Below, piece after piece: positions 1 through 6,278 of a DNA stretch of 7,697 nucleotides; the first letter of the stretch is position 1, and each line of letters opens with the position of its first letter. The stretch is from Octopus sinensis (Eukaryota), in NCBI RefSeq assembly GCF_006345805.1, contig NW_021828706.1, forward strand, positions 1-7,697, in the 5' to 3' direction. Made by a program: the position numbers and the translations under genes. A model generated the notes under the pieces. The model did not search any database. It was given only the letters and a program-made list of their open reading frames with translations, and was not told where the DNA came from.

Positions 1-254
1 TTGTGTTTGTCCCTCACCACCACTTGACATCTGGTGTTGGTGGGTTTACGTCCCTGTTACTTAGCAGTTCAGTAAAAGAGACTGATAGAATATATACCAG
101 ATTTATAATGAAATAAGTACCGGAGTCGATTCATTCTTCAAGGATTACAAAGGGGTTGATTTCTTCAACTAAAATCCTTTAAGGCAATGCCCCAGCATGG
201 CCATACTCTGATGACTGATGACTAAAACAAGTAAAAGATTAAAGATAAAAGATA
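1..254 (+). mobile_element. tRNA-derived SINE, family 1 (CORE-like octopus SINE), 3' half running off the window start
   Basis: Colinear with the 3' half of the copy at 4846-5214: TGTGTTTGTCCC..CTTGACA..GGTG..TTTACGTCCC.GTTACTTAGC.GTTC..AAAAGAGAC.GATAGAATA..CCCCAGCATGGCC..ATGACT.AAACAAGTAAAAGA, ending in an (AAAGAT)n-like tail. It contains a partly duplicated segment (~121-175, GGAGTCGATTCATTC / GGGGTTGATTTCTTC). Confidence 0.9.
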
Positions 255-256
255 TA

Positions 257-389
257 TGGCTGTGTGATGAAGAAGTTCATTCACATCAACTTGGCATTTC
301 TTCAGTCCTACTACATAGCACCTTGGACGTGTCTTCATTTGCAGTTCCAGGCCACACAATGTCTCATTAGGGATTTTTTCTCGACGGAA
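257..389 (+). mobile_element. Diverged 5' half (tRNA head + CORE-like region) of a family-1 SINE
   Basis: TGGCTGTGTG..TTCAGTCCTACTACATAGCACCTTGGACGTGTCTTC..CAGGCC..GGATTTT..GACGGAA aligns with the 5' halves of copies 4846-5214 and 5276-5575. It ends in the family's internal TA/CA microsatellite; no 3' half follows. Confidence 0.7.
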
Positions 390-450
390 GTGTGTTTGTG
401 TATATATATATACACACACATACACATACAAACACTCAAACACACACATA
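390..450. repeat. Mixed (TG)/(TA)/(CA) microsatellite
   Basis: Direct reading; lies where the family-1 SINE has its internal microsatellite. Confidence 0.9.
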
Positions 451-1120
451 GATGATGGATTCTCTTGTCATGAACAACAAATGCATGTTTAGTAAAATAA
501 AGCAATAATCATATTCTATGGACATGCACATGTCTCTTGAGACCTGCTGGTGTCTTGCAAACCTTTTTGGCAAATGAAACACGATGAGGACTCAGTTTGC
601 TTGAGTGCTTGCAGATCATTTACTATGTGTTTTCTTGAGTGGACGGCGAGGCCTGCTTTGCATCGTGCCACAAAACCACAATGGTTTCCATTTAGAGGAG
701 TGACATTTTGCCAGTGTGCCTTCATGCTGTTGTTGTTGTTAAGCAACAAGACAAGTAAGGATGATTAGGTGATGGTCTAGGGCTTAGGGGCAGGAGACCC
801 CAGACCTTGGAAAGAAAAGAACTTTGGTTGTCTTGTTGTAGTCGAGGGCTCTTTGTCGACACCCGACACCACTGGGAGGTGGCCCTCAAAGTCGCTGGAA
901 ATGGAAAACCTCCAGGGTCCAAATTCTTGGATGGATCCTTCATGCTTGCACAAAGTTGATCCCGACGTTGGAGTTGACTTTGTTCAAATCTTTGAACTGA
1001 AGAGAAGCAGGACTGGCACCTCAAATTGTCTTTTAATTTGTCTTTGAAGCACAAGAATGGCCTTCCAACAGAACATCCTGTATATATATCATCAGGGGAC
1101 CATATATCAAAAACTGAAGC
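451..1120 (-). mobile_element. 5'-truncated, decayed RTE-clade LINE (3' end of ORF, short 3' UTR and CATCATC tail)
   Basis: Minus-strand translation gives QFLIYGPL (shifted frame) then SVGRPFLCFKDKLKDNL (1022-1072) and CFSSVQRFEQSQLQRRDQL. These match the RTE post-RT motif PKQLLYGEL..R..GRP.LRFKD.LK..L..WR..C...V..FE..R. Two C2H2 fingers follow, then a restored stop at 509-511, a 58-nt 3' UTR and a ...GACAAGAGAATCCATCATC end. The short UTR and short-repeat tail are typical of RTE. The 5' boundary is approximate. Confidence 0.85.
509..1116 (-). pseudogene. Frameshifted remnant of the RTE ORF C-terminus (post-RT region plus two C2H2 zinc fingers)
   Basis: Parts lie in ORF-track entries 722..1186 and 516..749. 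Finger A at 627-689 reads [G]NHC-GFVARCKAGLAV-H-SRK-H (first Cys lost). Finger B at 518-581 reads CFIC-QKVCKTPAGLKR-H-VHV-H after removing one base from the T run at 564-568. Multiple frameshifts and an apparent internal deletion after KDNLRCQ make it non-functional. Confidence 0.8.
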
Positions 1121-1133
1121 ATACTCCAAAGAA

Positions 1134-1277
1134 TTAAGCTTCATGGACAGCTTATAAGATTCAAATGGTGGATGGCATATCTTCAAACAGGATATAGAAA
1201 ATTGATACAGTCAATTAATATGTAAACAAAGGCTAAAATATCATTTGAGACTTGGTTGAGCCATCCATGAAGCTTAA
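1134..1277. mobile_element. MITE-like element with ~35-bp degenerate terminal inverted repeats and TTAA at both ends
   Basis: TTAAGCTTCATGGA (1134-1147) is the exact reverse complement of TCCATGAAGCTTAA (1264-1277). The match continues imperfectly to TCAAATG (1161-1167) / CATTTGA (1242-1248). Confidence 0.55.
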
Positions 1278-1339
1278 CGCTTTATGGATGCAAAATCACT
1301 GGTCACTCTATGAATAGACATATATTTAACTGCATGTGA

Positions 1340-1382
<43 letters not shown>
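1340..1382. repeat. (ATAG)n tetranucleotide microsatellite, ~10 units
   Basis: Direct reading. Confidence 0.97.
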
Positions 1383-1439
1383 TACACACACACAAGTAAG
1401 TACATAAATGTAAAACAAAGGTTGAGTAATGTGTGTTTT

Positions 1440-1597
1440 ATTAAAGCTGAAAAATTCTTCACAAACTGTTACTCAAAGATTCATGTTACCATTCATTGGA
1501 CAGTTGTGATCAGACTAAAATTAATTATCACAACTGTCCGATGAACGGTGATGTGAAACTTTGAGCAACAGACTGTGAAGAATTTTTCAGTTTTAAT
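1440..1597. mobile_element. Palindromic MITE-like element / long hairpin (71-bp arms, 16-nt loop, TTAA ends)
   Basis: 1440-1510 pairs ungapped with 1527-1597: 61/71 Watson-Crick by hand count, plus 5 G:T, 3 A:C and 2 A:A. TTAA at 1441-1444 and 1593-1596. The inverted repeat is certain; the MITE call is inference. Confidence 0.8.
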
Positions 1598-1629
1598 CAT
1601 ATATAATAATATCATCATTAATAATATTT

Positions 1630-1630
<1 letters not shown>

Positions 1631-1667
<37 letters not shown>

Positions 1668-1685
1668 TAATAATAATAATAATAA
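1631..1685. repeat. (TAA)n microsatellite
   Basis: Direct reading; a shorter AAT tract continues at 2056-2085 on the other side of the Helentron-type element. Confidence 0.97.
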
Positions 1686-2054
1686 CAAGAGCACTCAGTG
1701 AGTGCAAACCTCTACAAAGACAACACCAATGTCCTCTCAAGGATTAACCAGAGATGATTTTTTTTAAATGAGAATATCTGAAATGAACTCGACTGCTCTT
1801 ACAAATGAGAATACTAAAAATGAACCTGACCACTCGCAAAAATTAAGTAAAAAAAAAACGGAAAAATAATCCAGAATCCTTGTCCAGTACCAGATTGATC
1901 CCAAAATCTAATCAGTTCATACCAGTCACAAGGCCAAACATCCCTGAAAGTTCTCATCCAAATCCATCCAGCGGTTCTTGAGATATCTTGTCCAAGGACA
2001 AACAAACAAACATGACTAAAAGTAATACTTTTGCCTTTGCTAAGGCAGAGGTAA
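1684..2054 (+). mobile_element. Non-autonomous Helentron-type (HINE/DINE-1-like) element, ~370 bp
   Basis: Starts AACAAGAG, with a subterminal ACCTCTACAAAG (1708-1719) roughly complementary to the 3' AAGGCAGAGGT. It has an internal (CAAA)n microsatellite (~1998-2011) and a 3' stem-loop at 2026-2053 (12-bp stem with 2 G:T, 4-nt loop) ending GGTAA. There is no TSD and it sits in A/T-rich sequence. This matches the established HINE architecture; the family assignment is from memory. Confidence 0.7.
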
Positions 2055-2085
2055 CAATAATAATATGTAATAATATATAATAATA

Positions 2086-2148
2086 GTCCACACTATGGGG
2101 TGGTTGGTGTTAGGAAGCACTTCCAGCCGTAAAAAACCATACCAAAAC
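2086..2148 (+). mobile_element. Short fragment of an octopus repeat carrying an RTE-5'-UTR-like motif
   Basis: GGGGTGGTTGGTGTTAGGAAGCACTTCCAGCCGTAAAAAACCATACC resembles the GGTTGGCGTTAGGAAGGGCATCCAGC.GTA.AAAC motif, which I recall from RTE 5' regions and RTE-derived cephalopod SINE bodies. Confidence 0.55.
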
Positions 2149-2149
2149 A

Positions 2150-2172
2150 ATATATATATATATATATATATA
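2150..2172. repeat. (TA)n microsatellite
   Basis: Direct reading; abuts the left arm of the inverted-repeat element. Confidence 0.95.
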
Positions 2173-2357
2173 CTGTTGTATCTGGGGAAAGTCATTTTCA
2201 TTTTGTGCCTTATAATTTAACACTCAGCAGTAAAATTTCCACTTATTTCTTTATATTTTCCTAAAATTTTCGTTGTCTTGCAACCTTTTCAATTGTCTTG
2301 ACTCTGTCCTTTATTTACGCTTCATTCCTTTTTGTTTGTCTGTGTGCATGTGTGTGT

Positions 2358-2391
<34 letters not shown>

Positions 2392-2502
2392 TATGCATGC
2401 ATGCATATATGTATATATGCATAGAAATAAGCGGAAATTTTATCGGTGAGTGTATTAAATTATAAGGCACAAAAAGAAAATAACTCTCCCCAGACACAAC
2501 AG
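2173..2502. mobile_element. MITE-like element with ~80-bp terminal inverted repeats
   Basis: 2173-2250 (CTGTTGTATCTGGGGAAAGTCATTTTC...CACTTATTTCT) is the reverse complement of 2423-2502 with 8 mismatches and one 2-nt gap (70/80 by hand). It has an internal (TG)n tract at ~2341-2389 and TA-rich flanks (Tc1/mariner-like target, inferred). Confidence 0.75.
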
Positions 2503-2560
2503 AATATGCTTCAACACACGAACTCACATAAAGAATCTTGCAAACCAAATCCAAAAACGA

Positions 2561-2660
2561 AATATATATATATATATATACATCAATTCATATATATATA
2601 TAGAGAGAGAGAGAGTAAGTGAGTAAGTGTGTGCATATGTGTAAGCATGTATATTTGTGT
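2561..2660. repeat. (TA)n, (GA)n and (TG)n microsatellite cluster
   Basis: Direct reading. Confidence 0.9.
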
Positions 2661-2980
2661 CTGTGTATGCTTCTATATCAGCTGTATTGATTGATGCATC
2701 GAATAAAAGTACAATTATACATAGGTGTATGCATGTATGTATATTTTTTTTTTATGGTCACACATCCACATGCATGTACATATACACATAAGAAACAGAA
2801 GAAAGAAAAAAAAAAGAAAAGACAGAGACAGATTGAAAGCATTCTTCAAACCAACAGCAAAAATACACACATACTCATACGCAGGCACACACTAACATAC
2901 ACACACTCACACACACATATGTATTGCCATATATATGCACAAAAACATGCACATTCATACATACGTATCATCATCACAAT

Positions 2981-3022
2981 GTAGTATATATGTGTATATA
3001 TATATACATATATATATATATG

Positions 3023-3053
<31 letters not shown>

Positions 3054-3125
3054 CTTATATAATATATATATATATAATATATAATATGTATGTATAATGT
3101 CTATGTATGTAGTGTGTGTATTTAT
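2981..3125. repeat. Compound (TA)n/(TATG)n low-complexity tract
   Basis: Direct reading. Confidence 0.93.
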
Positions 3126-3299
3126 GTATGTACCCACACACATATAAATAGCCATAGAAGTTGGATTGGATTGTGATTAAAAGAATATTTTTGTTTTCAG
3201 AAAAACCAGCTGTGTTTAATGTGACACAGGCTATTGTATCATGATGTTAATTGTTAACAAATACGGATTTGCATACCCCATTACATCCATACATACATT

Positions 3300-3395
3300 C
3301 ATATGTATACACACACACACACACACAAATATATATACATATATACATATACATATATGTACAGACACATAAAGACAGGAGAGAGAGAAGGAAAG

Positions 3396-3426
<31 letters not shown>

Positions 3427-3505
3427 ATATGTATATATATATATATATTATAATATATGTGTGTTGTGTGTTTGTGTGTTATATATACATTATATATATA
3501 TATAT

Positions 3506-3572
<67 letters not shown>

Positions 3573-3635
3573 TATATATATATATATATAATATATATTA
3601 TATATATATACATTTATAATATATACGTATAATAC
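3300..3635. repeat. Long compound (CA)n/(GA)n/(TA)n microsatellite field
   Basis: Direct reading; explains the YI-repeat ORFs 3231..4007, 3251..3619 and 3303..3512. Confidence 0.95.
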
Positions 3636-3651
3636 ATGGGAAATTGTAATT

Positions 3652-3850
3652 GTGGCCGATGCCAGTCCCGCCTGACTGTCACCGTGCTGGTGGCACATAA
3701 CAAGCACAACCAAGTATGGGTCGATACCAGTGCTGCCTGATTGGCTTCCTATGCTAGAGGCACATAAAAACACCAACCGAACGTGGCCGATACTAGTCTC
3801 CCCCAAACAGCTCCTGTGCTGGTGGCACACAAAAGCACCATCCAAACATG
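3652..3850 (+). repeat. Three tandem ~65-bp units from an octopus SINE/RTE-related repeat
   Basis: Units start at ~3652, ~3716 and 3783. Each reads GTGGCCGAT.CCAGT...GTGCTGGTGGCACA.AA.AAGCAC.A.CC.AAC and carries a GTGC(C/T)-GGT-GGCAC mini-palindrome. A fourth unit start (ATGG) is cut by the GATA repeat. Confidence 0.8.
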
Positions 3851-3854
3851 GATA

Positions 3855-3930
<76 letters not shown>
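3855..3930. repeat. Perfect (ATAG)19 microsatellite
   Basis: 76 nt of uninterrupted ATAG. Confidence 0.98.
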
Positions 3931-3931
<1 letters not shown>

Positions 3932-4150
3932 AATGTGTGTGTGTGTGGTGAATTTGTATGGGTGTCCATATATGAGTGCCTGTGTATGCATGTGTGTTTA
4001 TGCACATAGAGGAACCAGCAAGGTTTTATGGATGTATACATCAAGTGTTTATGAATGTATGAGTATTCATATGTGTGAGTATGTACATGTGTGCACTTCT
4101 GCATGTGTATATCATATATATATATATATATATAATATATATATATATAT
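3931..4150. repeat. TG/TA-rich low-complexity region ending in (TA)n
   Basis: Direct reading. Confidence 0.85.
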
Positions 4151-4182
4151 AGTGAACAAATGAAATGAAATAAAGAAAGAAA

Positions 4183-4283
4183 TCATTATTATTATCAGTG
4201 TTGTTGCTATTATTATTATTATTATTATCATCATCATTTTTATTATTATCATTGTTGTTGTCGTTGTTGTTGTTGTTGTTATT
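4183..4283. repeat. Compound trinucleotide tract (ATT)n-(ATC)n-(GTT)n
   Basis: Direct reading. Confidence 0.93.
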
Positions 4284-4414
4284 CAGCAGGCCTTAAAGAA
4301 TGGCCCTCTCAAAGCTTTTAAACTCTCAATGTGCCCCATTGTCAGTACTCAGTGAACAATTGTAATTCAGAAAGGTGATGGAAATCAATGAGGTCAAAGT
4401 AAGTGAAAGGAATG

Positions 4415-4597
4415 CGTATGTATATACATACATACATACACACACACATATATGTATAGAAAGAGAATATATAAAGCAAGCTTCACACAGTACATGTGTG
4501 CGTTTGTGTGTGTGTGTGTGTGTGTCAATGTGTATGTGTCTATATAAGAGAAGAGTATGTATGTATGCATCCATCCATCCTTCCATACATACATACA

Positions 4598-4635
<38 letters not shown>

Positions 4636-4640
4636 TATAT
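4415..4640. repeat. Compound (CATA)/(CA)/(TG)/(CATC)/(TA) microsatellite region
   Basis: Direct reading. Confidence 0.88.
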
Positions 4641-4845
4641 GCATACAGGTATATCTAAAATACAGGTGTTCTTAGTCATATGGTAAGGTGTCAGCTAATC
4701 ATGAAAATGTGCTGGTTGGGCAAGAGGTAGGGGTTGGAGTGGTGGAAGTAGGTTTCAATGCATTTGGCGGCAGAGCATGTAGAATGGAGTAATATAATAT
4801 TGCATGATTTACAAACAATTTTCAAAACTTTCGAAGATTCTTAAG

Positions 4846-5214
4846 GGCGCAGGAGTAGCTGTGTGGTAAGTAGCTTGCTAACCAGCCACACGGTTGCGGG
4901 TTCAATCCCACTGCGTGGCATCTTGGGCAAGTGTCTTCTGCTATATAGCCCCGGGCGGCCGACCATGCCTTGTGAGTGGATTTGGTAGACGGAAACTGAA
5001 AGAAGCCTGTCGTATATAATGTATATATATGTATATGTTGTGTGTCTGTGTTTGTCCCCCTACATTGCTTGACAACCTCTGCTGGTGTGTTTTAGGTCCC
5101 CGTCACTTAGCGGTTCGGCAACAAAGAGACCGATAGAATAAGTCTAAAAAGGTGGTGCTCCAGCATGGCCGCAGTCAAATGACTGAAACAATTAAAAGAG
5201 TAAAGAGTAAAGAG
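4846..5214 (+). mobile_element. Near full-length tRNA-derived SINE, family 1 (CORE-like)
   Basis: GGCGCAGGAG start, A box TAGCTGTGTGGT (4856-4867) and B box GGTTCAATCCC (4899-4909). A CORE-like ATCTTGGGCAAGTGTCTTC follows, then an internal TA/TG microsatellite and a (TAAAGAG)n tail. It lacks ~42 nt present in copy 6024-6195. No convincing TSD. Confidence 0.95.
4856..4909 (+). promoter_or_regulatory. RNA polymerase III type-2 internal promoter (A and B boxes) of the SINE head
   Basis: The A box matches TRGCNNAGYGG at 10/11; the B box matches GGTTCRANTCC exactly. Confidence 0.8.
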
Positions 5215-5275
5215 GATTGTTTTTTAAATTTCATTTTTCCTTTTCCTTTCCTGGTTAAACATCTTGCAAGTTAAA

Positions 5276-5575
5276 TATTCTTTAATAGTCTTTTTTGTCG
5301 AACTGCTAGGTTACGGGGACATAAACACACCACAATTGGTTGTCAAGCGATGTTGGGGGGGGGACAAACACAAACACACAAACATATACACATACATACA
5401 TATACATATACGATGGGTTTCTTTCAGTTTCCGTCTACCAAATCCACTCGCAAGGTTTTGGTTGGCCCGAGGCTATAGTAGAGGACACTTACCCAAGGTG
5501 CCATGCAGTGGGACTGAACACGGAACCATGTGGTTCGTACACAGGCTACTTACCACACACAGCCACTCCTACGCT
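5276..5575 (-). mobile_element. Family-1 SINE, minus strand, 3' tail region missing
   Basis: The reverse complement begins AGCGTAGGAGTGGCTGTGTG..GTGTTCAGTCCCACTGCATGGCACCTTGGGTAAGTG. 5419-5449 is an exact 31-nt reverse complement of 4974-5004. Confidence 0.95.
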
Positions 5576-5589
5576 ATATGAAATATCTA

Positions 5590-5603
5590 ATAATATTATA
5601 TAT

Positions 5604-5700
<97 letters not shown>

Positions 5701-5760
5701 TATATATAATAAATATATAAATATATATATTATATACATGCACATATATTTTTATATACA
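5590..5760. repeat. Long interrupted (TA)n microsatellite
   Basis: Direct reading. Confidence 0.95.
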
Positions 5761-5786
5761 TGCATTGCAATATGAGTGTACAGGAA

Positions 5787-6003
5787 GGTGGCAAGCTGGC
5801 AGAAATGTTAGCATGCTGGGAAAAATGCTTAGTGGTATTTCATCTCTCTTTATGTTCTAAGTTCAAATTCTACCAAGGTCTACTTTGCCTTTCATCCTTT
5901 CAGAGTCAATAAATTAAGTACCAGTTGTGTACTGGAGTTGATCTAATTGACTGATCCCCACCCCCAAAATTTCGGACCTTGTGCCTAGAGTAGAAAAGAA
6001 TAT
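5787..6003 (+). mobile_element. Full-length tRNA-derived SINE, family 2
   Basis: GGTGGCAAGCTGGCAGAAATGTTAG head with an A-box-like TGGCAGAAATG and a B-box-like AGTTCAAATTC (5860-5870). The central TTGCCTTTCATCCTTTCAGAGTCAATAAATTAAGTACCAG resembles the Meta-type conserved SINE domain (from memory, unverified). Ends CCTTGTGCCTAGAGTAGAAAAGAATAT. Colinear with 7255-7452 (-). Confidence 0.92.
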
Positions 6004-6023
6004 ATGTGTACATTTTATTTACA

Positions 6024-6195
6024 TTACTCTTTTACTTGTTTCAGTCATTTGACTGTGGCCATACTGGAGCACCGCCTTTTAGTCAAGTAAATCAACTTCA
6101 GGACTTATTCATTGTAAGCCTAGTACTTATTCTATCGGTCTCTTTTGCCGAACCACTAAGTTATGGGAACGTAAACACACGAGCATCGGTTGTCA
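6024..6195 (-). mobile_element. Family-1 SINE 3' part, minus strand, 5'-truncated
   Basis: TTACTCTTTTACTTGTTTCAGTCATTTGACTGTGGCCATACTGGAGCACCGCC...TATTCTATCGGTCTCTTTTGCCGAACC...GGTTGTCA is the reverse complement of the 3' end of copy 4846-5214. Confidence 0.93.
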
Positions 6196-6227
6196 TAAGT
6201 TAGGTACGTAAGTTAGGTACATAAGTT
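6196..6227. repeat. 13-bp tandem repeat TAAGTTAGGTAC(G/A) x2.5
   Basis: Units at 6196-6208 and 6209-6221, partial at 6222-6227; located exactly at the truncation point of the SINE at 6024-6195. Confidence 0.9.
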
Positions 6228-6278
6228 GAGGCACCAGAATTTAGTACAGTATTATCCATACAATTTCAAAATAAGGTG

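Noticed and set aside
715-770. Third degenerate zinc finger (LTCLV...A*RHTGK) in the RTE remnant
   Set aside because: It needs several frameshifts and substitutions to restore, so it cannot be supported without a family consensus.
722-1186. 154-aa ORF as a functional gene
   Set aside because: Only its middle matches the RTE C-terminal motif. It starts inside a MITE-like element, has an apparent internal deletion and is out of frame with the zinc fingers, so it is a decayed transposon.
1526-1549. Assignment of the hairpin 3' arm to miR-2 or miR-67/307 families
   Set aside because: There is a superficial resemblance (UAUCACA.., UCACAAC..), but the seeds differ from AUCACAG and CACAACC, and the near-perfect 71-bp stem is unlike those ancient precursors.
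3652-3850. CRISPR-like array
   Set aside because: The units are diverged whole-length tandem copies with no constant-repeat/unique-spacer pattern, the context is eukaryotic and there are no cas genes.
4371-4404. Micro-exon KVMEINEVK ending in a GTAAGT donor (4399-4404)
   Set aside because: The donor is good, but the acceptor lacks a polypyrimidine tract, the peptide is unrecognised, and such matches arise by chance.
2357-4632. Many ORF-track entries rich in YI, HT, CV and YLSI repeats (e.g. 3231..4007, 258 aa)
   Set aside because: They are translations of (TA)n, (CA)n, (TG)n and (GATA)n microsatellites, which lack stop codons in some frames; there is no protein-like content.
4640-4845. Non-repetitive, relatively G-rich stretch as exon or transposon end
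   Set aside because: No sustained open frame on either strand, no inverted partner and no recognisable motif.
4846-4915. tRNA gene
   Set aside because: The A/B boxes belong to a SINE head that continues into the SINE body. There is no complete cloverleaf or T-run terminator. The same applies to the other SINE heads.
4830-5225. Target-site duplication around the full-length SINE
   Set aside because: The flanks share only GATT, which is too short to be meaningful.
6200-6218. TTAGG telomere-like motifs
   Set aside because: There are only two copies within a 13-bp unit, and the mollusc telomere repeat is TTAGGG.
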